A stretch of DNA of 45,440 nucleotides from the IMG/VR virus record IMGVR_UViG_3300028610_001044; one strand, given 5' to 3'. This DNA comes from a virus. Positions 14,541 through 23,956 of this stretch are shown here, piece by piece. How positions within the stretch are numbered: the stretch's first letter is position 1; each line of letters starts with the position of its first letter. Below the pieces are notes generated by a model, which saw nothing but the letters and a program-made list of their open reading frames with translations, made no database searches and was not told where the DNA came from. The translations under genes and the position numbers were made by a program.

Positions 14541-16211
14541 GTGGTCAAGAAAGAACAGAAAGCTCCCGATATTCTCAAGTCCATCGGGACAATACTTGCA
14601 CCTGTTAAGACTCCACCTAAAGTTTCTGATTGGATAGTAGAACAAGGGCTAATTACCCCTGACGGTGTTCCTTATGAGTTTGTTCACCGGAAGTTTCTGG
14701 CAGACCTGGCGAATGACTGGAACCCAAACCAAGCATCACCTAAAGGCGCTCAGATGGGCCTTACAGAGATATATAGCATCAAGACTATCTTTGCTGCCAA
14801 GTATCGCAAGTGGAATATCATCTATACATTACCGAGTGATGACGATGTTTCCGGTTATGTTAATTCTAAGTTCAACAGGATACTGGAAGAAAACAAAGTC
14901 CTTGACGAGTTTGTTCAAACCAATCGTTCTATCGGGTTAAAGAGAATTGGCAACAGGTTTATCTATTTCAGAGGGACTAGAGGGGCAACAGAAGCTCTTA
15001 CCATTTCCTCTGACCTTAACGTATACGATGAGTGCGACCAGGCTGACCAGGAGACTCTTAGAAAGTATGAGTCACGGCTAGGCAACTCCCAATACCAAGG
15101 CCAGTGGTGGCTGTCTAACCTATCAGCGCCTGGTATGGGTGTCCACGCCCAGTATGAAATGTCAGACCAAAGACATTGGCACATCAAGTGCTCTCACTGT
15201 AATCATGAACAATATTTGTCTTGGCCTGATTCAATCGAATACGAATTAGACCACAAAGAAAAGGTGGTTTACGCCCAATACATCTGTAAGAAGTGTAAGC
15301 GAAGCATAGCCGACCACGAACGCTCTGACGGTATCTGGGTTCCATATGAGAACTCTAATATGTCGGGGTATTGGTTGAACCATCTGATGTGTAGCTGGCA
15401 TAGCGCAGAATACGTTGTGAAGAAAGCACACACGGTTGGAGGGCAATCATACTTCCATAACTTTGTCTTAGGACTTCCATATAAAGGTTCAGACACAACA
15501 GTAGACAGAGACACGTTGATGAGGGCAAGAATAGACGTTCCCCCCGATGAGTACGCACACCTGCCCGTGGCAATGGGGATTGATACCGGAGCCGAGTGGC
15601 ATGTGGTCTTAGGGAACGCTAAAGGAATATTTTTACAGCTAGTATGTGACGAGGCTAAGGCTAAATCGTTAATAGCCAAACATAATCCAGTAACAGTCAT
15701 TGACCTTAAAGGCGACCCAACTGCTACACGCAAACTAATGAAAGAGTATCGGGGTCGTCTTTTTGGTTGTGACTATCAGATAGACAAAGCAGATAGAGAG
15801 ACTATCCGCTGGGCGACCAAAGAGAAGTACGGAGTTGTTTATGTAGACCGCACAAGAATCATTGACGAAGCAATAGATGATTTAACCAGTGGCCGTATGA
15901 ACATCATCAAGACCGACAACACAACAGCAGAGAGACTAGAGAAGTTCATTCGTCATTGGGAAGCTCTCTACAAGACGAAGATATACGACAAGAGATTAAA
16001 CGTAGAGCGTGACAAATGGGAGAACCACGGAGCTGACCACTTCTCTCACGCAACGTGTTATTTCAAAGTCGCATTAACGAAACTAGTTCATGACCCGATA
16101 TCGGTGACAACAGACAAACAAGAGAAGCCCACGGGCAAGTTTTACGAGGCCAGTTTAGAGTACGTTCTTAGTGGTCAGAACAAAAGGGGTAAAGATTGGC
16201 GACTAATCTAA
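14541..16211 (+). CDS. terL: Terminase large subunit, GpA-like
   Basis: Walker-A-like PKGAQMGLTE and Walker-B-like LNVYDECD. Zinc-ribbon insert CSHCNHEQ...CKKCKRS as in lambda gpA-type terminases. Its size and position before the portal gene fit. Confidence 0.9.
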   Translation: MVKKEQKAPDILKSIGTILAPVKTPPKVSDWIVEQGLITPDGVPYEFVHRKFLADLANDWNPNQASPKGAQMGLTEIYSIKTIFAAKYRKWNIIYTLPSDDDVSGYVNSKFNRILEENKVLDEFVQTNRSIGLKRIGNRFIYFRGTRGATEALTISSDLNVYDECDQADQETLRKYESRLGNSQYQGQWWLSNLSAPGMGVHAQYEMSDQRHWHIKCSHCNHEQYLSWPDSIEYELDHKEKVVYAQYICKKCKRSIADHERSDGIWVPYENSNMSGYWLNHLMCSWHSAEYVVKKAHTVGGQSYFHNFVLGLPYKGSDTTVDRDTLMRARIDVPPDEYAHLPVAMGIDTGAEWHVVLGNAKGIFLQLVCDEAKAKSLIAKHNPVTVIDLKGDPTATRKLMKEYRGRLFGCDYQIDKADRETIRWATKEKYGVVYVDRTRIIDEAIDDLTSGRMNIIKTDNTTAERLEKFIRHWEALYKTKIYDKRLNVERDKWENHGADHFSHATCYFKVALTKLVHDPISVTTDKQEKPTGKFYEASLEYVLSGQNKRGKDWRLI

Positions 16212-18229
16212 CAGAAGACGAAAGAAAGAATCTGCTACTTGACCTGGACTTTAAGGTTACTGATACAGATGAAATGATAAACACAAAGATTGACACGGCT
16301 ATCAATCTTGCCCGCAAACATGGGTACAACAAGAAGCGCAAAGAGTGGGATACGGCCGATAAGTTGTTTGCCGGGGATACAGAGTCGTTGATTCGTAGCG
16401 ACCACGACCAAAGCCCTGCCTACAAGAGCGATACTGTGTTGAATTTGGTGTATCCGTTTGTCCGTAATCAGGCAGGGTTAATGACCGACCAGCGCCCTCA
16501 ACCTGTGGCTATTCCTAGTTCGTCTAATGACCAAGAGGAATATGAGGCTAAACTAGAGAGAGCGAGACTTGTCGATAAGACCCTTGGTGCGAAGTGGGAA
16601 GAAAAAGGGATGCAAGAGAAGCTTCCAGAGGCCGCTATTCAACAGACTAAGTACGCGGATACGTTCTTTCATCCGTTCTGGAACTTCCATGAAGACGATG
16701 TGGACTGCGTAATAGTCCCGCCACACAACCTATTTATCGAACCTAACGCGAAATCATTAGACGAAGCGGATTGGTTAATTCATCGGGAGACTCGTACAGC
16801 GGCATGGCTAACGAAACAGTTTGACCTCAAAGACAACTTCTTTGACACCAAAGACCTTGGCGCCCCAGAGGTAGCCGCAGAACAAATCACAGACACAGAT
16901 GTTCAGGTTAATACTGGGACTGTGAACGAGCCAATGCCAGAGAACGCGATTACGGTAGACCATGTCTGGACAGACGATGTAATGATTATCCGTGGTGGCA
17001 AAAAGATTATTAAGAAAGAACAGAACCCTCTTTGGGAGTGGCGAGAGCCAGAGGAACAACTAGAAGAGTTCATGGACGAACAGATACAACTTATAGAAAG
17101 CGAAGGAGTTGAGGTAACAGAAGAAATACAGGCACAAATACAAGACGCCCATCAACCTATTCTCAACTTCTTTGACAGACCAATGAAACCTTATGTGCAC
17201 CTCAAGTCTGTTAATGATGGAAAGCAACTCTATTCGAGCGGAGTGATGAAACAACTTCTGCCTGTTATCCAGACCATTAACCAGCGCAAACAGCAGATAG
17301 ACGACAACGCTAACGACATGGCTAATGCCCAGATATGGTATGACGGCAGAGAAATTGATTCAACTACCGTAGAAGCCCAGATAGTCAACATGCCCGGTGC
17401 GGTATCTAACTTCCCCGGTATGTCACAAAATGCTGGTTCGGTTCAACGAGTTAGTGGAGTTGGTCTACCACAGTATGTTATTGAAGATATGTTTCATTCA
17501 CAGAGAATCTTTGATGACATATCAGGCCAACACGAAGTTAGCCGTGGGGCTAAGGCCGTAGGGAAACAGACAGCTACCCAAGTATCGAGACAGGCAGAGG
17601 CAGACCAGGTGGTTGTGCGGCTCTTGGTACGTCAACTGGAAACCGCTACTGTCGATGTGTTCAAGTGGTGGATTCAGATGTTTAAGTTGTTCTACACCGA
17701 ACCTAAACTTATCCAGATTCACGGTATTAACGATGCAAGAGACTTCTTTGAGTTCTCACGCACAGACATAGACGATGGTATGGATATTAGGGTTAAGCCC
17801 GGTTCGACCTTGCCGGTCAACAAAGAGACACGTAGACAAGAGGCGCTAATGTTGATGCAGCAAGGGTTTATGGCCCCTGTAGACGGCTATGAAGCCTTAG
17901 ACTTCCAAAACCCTGAAAAAATGGCTGAGAACTTAGCTCTGTGGCAGACAGGACAAGCACCAGGACAGGTTCCACAAGAAGTAGTAGGCCACGACCCACA
18001 ACAGGAAAATATCTTACTATTAGACGGCCAGCAAGTTCCTGTGAGCGAACTAGATAATCACGACCTCCACATGGAAGCACACCAAGATATGTTTATGGAA
18101 ATAGCCAATAAGATACCACCTGAAATACAGCAGATAATCATAGACCACATCAATGAACACTTAGTATTGATTGAAGGACAAGGCGGCGATCAGCAAGGAG
18201 GTGCAGAATCGCCGCCAGCACAACAATAG
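16196..18229 (+). CDS. Portal protein
   Basis: 677-aa ORF directly after terL and before the scaffold and capsid genes. Called from synteny and size, with an acidic C-terminus. Confidence 0.75.
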   Translation: MATNLTEDERKNLLLDLDFKVTDTDEMINTKIDTAINLARKHGYNKKRKEWDTADKLFAGDTESLIRSDHDQSPAYKSDTVLNLVYPFVRNQAGLMTDQRPQPVAIPSSSNDQEEYEAKLERARLVDKTLGAKWEEKGMQEKLPEAAIQQTKYADTFFHPFWNFHEDDVDCVIVPPHNLFIEPNAKSLDEADWLIHRETRTAAWLTKQFDLKDNFFDTKDLGAPEVAAEQITDTDVQVNTGTVNEPMPENAITVDHVWTDDVMIIRGGKKIIKKEQNPLWEWREPEEQLEEFMDEQIQLIESEGVEVTEEIQAQIQDAHQPILNFFDRPMKPYVHLKSVNDGKQLYSSGVMKQLLPVIQTINQRKQQIDDNANDMANAQIWYDGREIDSTTVEAQIVNMPGAVSNFPGMSQNAGSVQRVSGVGLPQYVIEDMFHSQRIFDDISGQHEVSRGAKAVGKQTATQVSRQAEADQVVVRLLVRQLETATVDVFKWWIQMFKLFYTEPKLIQIHGINDARDFFEFSRTDIDDGMDIRVKPGSTLPVNKETRRQEALMLMQQGFMAPVDGYEALDFQNPEKMAENLALWQTGQAPGQVPQEVVGHDPQQENILLLDGQQVPVSELDNHDLHMEAHQDMFMEIANKIPPEIQQIIIDHINEHLVLIEGQGGDQQGGAESPPAQQ

Positions 18230-18242
18230 ACATATTGGAATC

Positions 18243-18264
18243 AAGACCGAAAGGTCTTTTTTTA
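18243..18264 (+). terminator. Rho-independent terminator (AAGACC-GAAA-GGTCTT + T7)
   Basis: GNRA-looped hairpin followed by TTTTTTT, located between the portal and scaffold genes. Confidence 0.7.
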
Positions 18265-18281
18265 TTACCAGGAGGTAAACA

Positions 18282-19046
18282 ATGCCAGATGACCAAGCCA
18301 ACCAAGACCAAGGTGCTCCCGTCTCAAGCCCAGAAGCATTCATGAGCGCTACTGAGGCACCCGAGCAAGTGGGAGCAGAAGTCGAGGAGCAGTCAGATGT
18401 GCAAACGGATGAGAGTACGTCCGTCGAGGAAACGACCGAGGAGTCTGTAGAAGACCAACTGAGGGCGCAACTCGCAACGGCTAACGCCACAGCCGCCGAT
18501 GCTCAACGTCGCACAGATGAGTTAAACCAGAGTTACACACAAGCCAAACAAGCCGAAGCCGAACAACGCCGCCAGGAAGAACAGTCAACTGACTACACTC
18601 AGTACCCAGAGGAAAGTCGGTCGGCTATGCAGGAGCTTGACCGCAGGATTGACGAACGAGCACAACAGATCGTGGAATCAAAGTTCGGCAACCTAAATGG
18701 TCAAGTGGAACAGCTTACGGAAAGCCAGCAAAGAGCTGTGGAAATGGCTGCGATAAAGGTGAAGTACCCAGGAGTGTCCGAGGCAGCGATAGACGAGGCG
18801 TTTAATTCGTCTGTCAGCACCAGAGAGTTTATTGCCAGAGGACTATCGGGTAATTCGGCGGCAGCCGTAGCAACAGCAAAGACAAAAGCGGATTTAACTC
18901 GCAAGAAGAAAGCCAACACAGGCGGTGGCACAGGTGGAACAGCCCAGCAGGGATTAGGGTGGGTTTATGACACCAAAAACCCTGACCACCAAAAGATGAC
19001 CGCTATGGAAATCATGCGGAAGTCGAGGGAGAATTACCATGAGTAA
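18282..19046 (+). CDS. Scaffolding protein (putative)
   Basis: Acidic, Ala/Glu/Gln-rich helical 254-aa protein between the portal and capsid genes. Strong SD (AGGAGGTAAACA). Confidence 0.65.
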   Translation: MPDDQANQDQGAPVSSPEAFMSATEAPEQVGAEVEEQSDVQTDESTSVEETTEESVEDQLRAQLATANATAADAQRRTDELNQSYTQAKQAEAEQRRQEEQSTDYTQYPEESRSAMQELDRRIDERAQQIVESKFGNLNGQVEQLTESQQRAVEMAAIKVKYPGVSEAAIDEAFNSSVSTREFIARGLSGNSAAAVATAKTKADLTRKKKANTGGGTGGTAQQGLGWVYDTKNPDHQKMTAMEIMRKSRENYHE

Positions 19047-19064
19047 TACTTAGGAGGAATTACT

Positions 19065-19553
19065 ATGGCGGTAGCCGATTTCGGTCGCCTGACCGCAATA
19101 ACGCGGTCAAATATTCTTCCCAACGTATCTGATGCAATCGTACAGAACTCGCCAGGACTTAATCGTTTCTTGAACAAAGCGAAACGAGAAGACGGCGGCA
19201 CGACACTCAATAAGATCGTAAGGTTCAAGAACAGTACTCAGGGCGGCGGTTACGCTGGCCTTGAAACGCTTTCTGCGGCCCTACAGACGACTCGTACCCA
19301 AGCCCAGTTTGATTGGCGGCAGGTATACGAGCCGATTGCGGTGTCTAACATTGAGGTTGCAAAGAACGGTGGGATTCAAAAGGTCGAGGACTTAGTTGCC
19401 CTCGACATGGAGGACGCTAAATTGTCCTTGGAAGAAAAGTTCGGTGGCTATCTTTACAGTGATGGTTCAGGGGACTCTAACAAAGTTCCCGAAGGACTTG
19501 TAAATGTAGCGGATAAAAAGTTGTCCCTATTGGGCTTACGACTTGCGGCTTAA
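19065..19553 (+). CDS. Major capsid protein, N-terminal part (exon 1 plus read-through into the insertion; proposed exon end 19514)
   Basis: Strong SD (TAGGAGGAATTACT). It lies after the scaffold gene. The ORF stops 39 nt into the HNH-bearing insertion, and its C-terminal partner lies at 20512..21051. Confidence 0.7.
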   Translation: MAVADFGRLTAITRSNILPNVSDAIVQNSPGLNRFLNKAKREDGGTTLNKIVRFKNSTQGGGYAGLETLSAALQTTRTQAQFDWRQVYEPIAVSNIEVAKNGGIQKVEDLVALDMEDAKLSLEEKFGGYLYSDGSGDSNKVPEGLVNVADKKLSLLGLRLAA

Positions 19554-20535
19554 GGCAAATTGCTGGTAATATGTTTTTATTGTGGCAAAACGCCTGACTA
19601 GAAAAGACGAGGCATTTAAGCATAGCGCTGCTTACATCGAGTGGCGACACAATGTTTATGCCCGAGATGGCTGGGCATGTAAGATATGTAGTCATAAAGG
19701 TCAGGACATAGAGGCGCATCACATATATCCATTTCGTGACTATCCTGAGTTAAGGGTAGATGTTGGAAATGGAATTACGCTATGTGTGGCCTGTCACAGA
19801 ACATTATTTGGCAAAGAACGACGAGTCGCAGAAGAATTGTTAGGCTTAATAGACAATGGCGTGAATTCGGTGGAACTCCTACCAGGTAGTGCTGGGGACA
19901 ATACCGAGCCAAGCCAGGTTGGAAACGACTTGGAAGGTGTAACGACTAGAGGTCGAGTCTTCGACATAGAAAGGTTCAGGAAAAAAGCAGTTCGTTGTAA
20001 GGGTTGCGGGAAAACCATACATAGATATTTTTATGAATGGGAGAAAGCTAAGAAAGGGTTTGTCTGTAGTCCCGCTTGTAAGTCCAAGTGGTTTAGGTCA
20101 AAGGACTTCAAGGGGAAGAACAGTGGGAACTACAAATCAAGAGAAAGACAGAAATGCCTTTATTGTGGTAAGTTCACAAGCACGCCCTCAGATCGCAACC
20201 GAGACAAGAAGTATTGCAACAATTCATGTCAGCTCAAATACGAGTTAAAGCATGGATTAAGGGTGAACGAGATTACTAAGAAAGCTGGTATGACGCATTG
20301 CCAGAAAGGACACCCGTTCGATGAGAAAAATACCTATAACACAGTAGATCGTTATGGGAAAAAACATCGTCAGTGCAAGGCTTGTAAGAAACAACGAGAG
20401 GCTAAATACCGAGCCAAGAAACGTAAAGACAGTAACACCTCCACGAGCGCGCTACCCGTAAAGGGATGATATAGTCTGGACAACGTAGTAATACGTTGAA
20501 GTAGAGGATAAAGAGCCTACTACGGTAACAGTACG
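19515..20535 (+). mobile_element. Putative self-splicing (group I-like) intron carrying an HNH homing endonuclease; boundaries are proposed, not proven
   Basis: It interrupts the capsid reading frame. U19514 can pair with G19523 in a GGAU/GUCC P1-like helix, and G20535 precedes the in-frame resumption. A CAACGTA-GTAA-TACGTTG GNRA hairpin lies at 20481..20498. Confidence 0.5.
19582..20469 (+). CDS. HNH homing endonuclease with C-terminal multi-CxxC DNA-binding region
   Basis: EWRHNVYARDGWACKICSH...IEAHHIYPF...GNGITLCVACHRTLF, followed by five CxxC/CxxxC pairs. Confidence 0.85.
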   Translation: MAKRLTRKDEAFKHSAAYIEWRHNVYARDGWACKICSHKGQDIEAHHIYPFRDYPELRVDVGNGITLCVACHRTLFGKERRVAEELLGLIDNGVNSVELLPGSAGDNTEPSQVGNDLEGVTTRGRVFDIERFRKKAVRCKGCGKTIHRYFYEWEKAKKGFVCSPACKSKWFRSKDFKGKNSGNYKSRERQKCLYCGKFTSTPSDRNRDKKYCNNSCQLKYELKHGLRVNEITKKAGMTHCQKGHPFDEKNTYNTVDRYGKKHRQCKACKKQREAKYRAKKRKDSNTSTSALPVKG

Positions 20536-20553
20536 GACGGTACAAATGACAAT

Positions 20554-21051
20554 GTGTACGGTGGGATTAACCGTACCAACAACACTTGGTGGAAGGGAAG
20601 TTACGTTGCCTCTGTAGGCGCGTTTGCGGTATCCATTCTCTCAACTCGTCTTGACGATATTGAGGACAATGGTAAAGCGGTAGACCTCCACCTTACAACT
20701 CTGGCTATGTGGACAGCTTACGAGCAGACACTTCACCCACAGGCGAGATTTGAGTTTAGTTCAGGTGGCTTCCCGAAAGCGGATGGCGGCTTTGATAAGT
20801 TGACCTACCGTGGAGCGGAAGTTCTGAAAGACCCAAGATGTACGGCTGGTTTCTGGTATATGCTCAATATGAACACCATTGATTATTACTACCTCAACCA
20901 CCCGACATTTAAGACCGACAACAGGGGCTTTACTTTATGGCCGCTGCATGAACCGACTTCCCAGGACGGCAAGATTGGATTCTTGCTCTGGTATGGCGCG
21001 TTCATCACTACTAATCCTCGCCACAATGGGGTTATTAGGGGGTTGACGTAA
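20554..21051 (+). CDS. Major capsid protein, C-terminal part (frame open from 20512; proposed exon start 20536)
   Basis: No SD lies before the first possible start (GTG 20554). The sequence YGGINRTNNTWWKG... continues a capsid-like protein, and the decoration genes follow immediately. Confidence 0.7.
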   Translation: MYGGINRTNNTWWKGSYVASVGAFAVSILSTRLDDIEDNGKAVDLHLTTLAMWTAYEQTLHPQARFEFSSGGFPKADGGFDKLTYRGAEVLKDPRCTAGFWYMLNMNTIDYYYLNHPTFKTDNRGFTLWPLHEPTSQDGKIGFLLWYGAFITTNPRHNGVIRGLT

Positions 21052-21052
21052 A

Positions 21053-21511
21053 ATGGCAGAAGCAGATATTTTTGATGAAAACAAAGGCCGGTTTACTGAT
21101 TCGGCTGGTAGTGAGTTCGTCAACGCTCGCGCTGGAAGCGGGGGATTGGCAGCAGGGGACGTTGTTACTTTTAATTCAACCCTCTCTACAGCCTCTATCT
21201 ACCAAGTCTTGAATACGTCTACAACCGCCGAAGACCAAAGCGTAGTTGGCGTGTGTACGGAGACTATTGCCAGCGGTTCCTATGGCAAGATTCAAACTTT
21301 CGGCCACAACACTACGGTCAAGATTGATGGAACTACGACCTCTGTAGCCATTGGCGACAACATTTGTCAAAGCGTGACAGCCGCGAAAGCCCAGAAGTTT
21401 GAAGCAATCACGGTTAGCCCAGCTAATGGTGGGGCAAGACTCGGCATTTGTATGGCAACGGTAGCGAGTGGTAGCGATACCACGTTCGCCTGTTTCATTG
21501 ACCCAAGGTAA
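21053..21511 (+). CDS. Head decoration-like protein (DUF2190-like), paralog 1
   Basis: The pattern GDVV.F....VVGVC.E.IASG..G.IQ..G...VK.DG....AIGD resembles DUF2190 decoration proteins. It sits directly after the capsid gene. Confidence 0.55.
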   Translation: MAEADIFDENKGRFTDSAGSEFVNARAGSGGLAAGDVVTFNSTLSTASIYQVLNTSTTAEDQSVVGVCTETIASGSYGKIQTFGHNTTVKIDGTTTSVAIGDNICQSVTAAKAQKFEAITVSPANGGARLGICMATVASGSDTTFACFIDPR

Positions 21512-21520
21512 GGGGGAGCT

Positions 21521-22165
21521 ATGGCTAGAGGAACAAGAGTTACGGCCTGCCCTCTTTACAAATTGGGACTTGATGATGACGGAACCGCAGACGTAACTGG
21601 AGCCAGGACTGTTTCTGGCATTCAGACGTTTACCGGAGCCAACACCCATGCAGGGATTGAAACCCATGCAGGAGCGGAAACGCACGCTGGCGACGAAAGC
21701 CACACCGGCAAGGAAACCTTTGTGGAGTATTCACAGGGGGCCGCAGCCGGTGGGGATGGGTACAAGGAGTTCAAGACAGCTATGGCCTCTGGTGGGGCTT
21801 TGGCTAATGGAGATTTGGTCATGTTTGACCCGACCCTCTCCACAGCGACTTCATATCGTGTCTTGGCTTCCTCGACCACGGCTCAAGATGCCAGAATCAT
21901 AGGTGTTGCTACGGAAACAATCGCTAGTGCCGCCTTTGGTGAGATTCAGATTTACGGTCATCACACGGCAGTTAAGGTTGATGGTACAACTACTTCGGTA
22001 GCTATCGGCGATCAGATTGCTGGTGGGATAGTGGCGAAAAAGGCTTCTAAGCTGGAGTACGCCAATCGGTCGGCTACGCTAGGCGGGATTAGTCTAGGAA
22101 CGTGCATGGCGACAGTTGCCAGCGGTTCTGACACTACCTTTGCCTGCTTCATCGACCCCAGGTAA
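21521..22165 (+). CDS. Head decoration-like protein, paralog 2, with N-terminal hexapeptide repeats
   Basis: About 60 percent identical to paralog 1 over the last ~120 aa, with an identical final 20 aa. Hexapeptide repeats NTHAGI/ETHAGA/ETHAGD/ESHTGK lie at 21626..21721. Confidence 0.55.
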   Translation: MARGTRVTACPLYKLGLDDDGTADVTGARTVSGIQTFTGANTHAGIETHAGAETHAGDESHTGKETFVEYSQGAAAGGDGYKEFKTAMASGGALANGDLVMFDPTLSTATSYRVLASSTTAQDARIIGVATETIASAAFGEIQIYGHHTAVKVDGTTTSVAIGDQIAGGIVAKKASKLEYANRSATLGGISLGTCMATVASGSDTTFACFIDPR

Positions 22166-22173
22166 CTAAATTT

Positions 22174-22210
22174 GATAGGGGTGGGTATTTCCTGGTACTC
22201 CACCCCTATC
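22174..22210 (+). terminator. Strong hairpin (11-bp perfect stem GATAGGGGTGG/CCACCCCTATC, 15-nt loop); attenuator or mRNA stabiliser
   Basis: Read directly from the sequence. It lies 9 nt after the stop at 22165 and has no clear U-tract. Confidence 0.5.
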
Positions 22211-22238
22211 ATTACCTATGTGCCAGGAGGCATAGCTA

Positions 22239-23621
22239 ATGATTGATATTATTATGGTTAATTACAATTCAGACGATGAACTCAAGAAGTTAATACCAAC
22301 GCTTGAGAAGCACACCAAGGACTACAGACTCACGATAGTAGACAACGCATCCAAGGACACAACATACCTCAAGACACTGGACGACAAAGCCCAAGTAATC
22401 TACAACGATGAGAACCTTGGGTATGCGGCTGGTGTCAATATAGGCATGAGAGCCACAGAGAACCCGTATGCGGTGTTTGTGAACCCTGACTGTAGGGTAA
22501 CAGTCGGATGGCTTGAGGGGCTTGTAGGAGTCCTTAAAAGTGACGCTAAGATAGCGGCTACTGGCCCCATGCTTTACGACGACAAGAACTCTGAGTATGC
22601 GGGCAACCCAACCTATGTGCCGTTGTCATTGACTGTGGACATGGAAGTTAATTGGGTGTCGGGTGCAGTCTTTTGTGTAAATCGCAAAGCCTGGGAAGAA
22701 ATCGGAGAGTTCCGAGAAGAATACTTCTTCATGTGGGAGGAAACAGACTGGTGTCAGATAGCCGTCAATAAGGGCTATAAGATACGTCAAGCCGCAGATT
22801 CTATAGTGATTCATGCAGGAGGCGAGAGCTGTAAGGGTGAGACAGCGTTCTTCGTAAAGCATTACCAGTTCGGGAAGAACCTGTTTTACAAGAGACACCC
22901 GAAGTCAGGCAAAAAACGTGTTCTGATCGCAACACCCAGTTATGGTGATGTAAAAGCGCAGTACCACATCAACTACATGAACCTGTTGGTGCGGTTAATG
23001 AAACTACAGTTTACAGAGGAAGAATATGAGTTCTTCCCTTTAACCATCTACAACCAGTTTGTCTATGACGCTAGAAACAAGGCGGTAGAGACAGCACAGA
23101 GCGCCGGTTGTGACTACATCTTCTTTATTGATGCAGACATGATTGTGCCCCCCGATACATTTGAGCGATTGGTGGCGCACGACAAGGAGTGTGTTGGGTG
23201 TCTTGCCTTTAAGAGAGCCGCCCCATATTTGCCTCTAGTGTATCGACTTGAAGAAACAACTGAGGATGGGCGCTATAGGTTCGGTATCCGTGATGACTGG
23301 CCTAAAAACGAACTGACTAAAGTAGATGCAATCGGAGGGGCGTGTTTCCTGGTCAAGACTTCGGTGTTTGATAAATTAGAAAGACCGTATTTCTACATCA
23401 AAGAAAACACTGGTGAGGACATATGGTTTTCAATACTCATGATAGAAAAAGAGATTCCAATGTACGTGGATACAGGAGCGCCGGTCGGACACCTGGGAGA
23501 GATAATCGTAGGTGAAGATACCTACCGAGGCTATAAAGCACAGATGGAAGCACATAGAGCGAGCATATTAGGAGAGAGAGAAGAAGACAAGGAAAGCTTA
23601 ATAGGAAAGGAAGTTAAATGA
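22239..23621 (+). CDS. Two-domain family-2 (GT-A) glycosyltransferase
   Basis: Domain 1: IMVNYNS...TIVDNASKDTT...NLGYAAGVN...FVNPDC...WEETDWC. Domain 2: VLIATPSYG...IFFIDADMIV (DxD). Confidence 0.8.
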   Translation: MIDIIMVNYNSDDELKKLIPTLEKHTKDYRLTIVDNASKDTTYLKTLDDKAQVIYNDENLGYAAGVNIGMRATENPYAVFVNPDCRVTVGWLEGLVGVLKSDAKIAATGPMLYDDKNSEYAGNPTYVPLSLTVDMEVNWVSGAVFCVNRKAWEEIGEFREEYFFMWEETDWCQIAVNKGYKIRQAADSIVIHAGGESCKGETAFFVKHYQFGKNLFYKRHPKSGKKRVLIATPSYGDVKAQYHINYMNLLVRLMKLQFTEEEYEFFPLTIYNQFVYDARNKAVETAQSAGCDYIFFIDADMIVPPDTFERLVAHDKECVGCLAFKRAAPYLPLVYRLEETTEDGRYRFGIRDDWPKNELTKVDAIGGACFLVKTSVFDKLERPYFYIKENTGEDIWFSILMIEKEIPMYVDTGAPVGHLGEIIVGEDTYRGYKAQMEAHRASILGEREEDKESLIGKEVK

Positions 23622-23956
23622 GTAATCGACCACCGAAAATTCTAGGAACGGCCACTGTTGCTAATGGGGCAACCCTGTCTAACGAGGTTAACCTAAGAGA
23701 ATCAGGAAAACTCGTAGGGATAGAATGCCCGGCACTCACAAACAACGGGACAGTCAACATACACATAGCGAATACATCAGGAGGAACATACCGGCCACTT
23801 TTGCTCTCAGACCTTAGTGGTAATTGGGAGATTGCCAGCGGTACGGAAAACCTCTTTGTATTCGTCCCCGACCTCGCACCATTTCAATTTGTGAAGATAA
23901 AGCTAGGCACAGACCCCGGCGCAGATTCTCTGTTTGTCTTCATTGGGATTCAGTAA
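23618..23956 (+). CDS. Hypothetical protein (β-rich)
   Basis: 112-aa ORF, ATGA-coupled to the GT2 gene. Confidence 0.7.
   Translation: MSNRPPKILGTATVANGATLSNEVNLRESGKLVGIECPALTNNGTVNIHIANTSGGTYRPLLLSDLSGNWEIASGTENLFVFVPDLAPFQFVKIKLGTDPGADSLFVFIGIQ

Noticed and set aside
20512-20553. Independent translation of the C-terminal capsid fragment from GTG 20554
   Set aside because: No SD lies upstream. The frame is open 42 nt further upstream and joins in phase to the N-terminal fragment. A half-capsid protein is not expected to fold into an HK97-like subunit, so splicing is the more economical reading.
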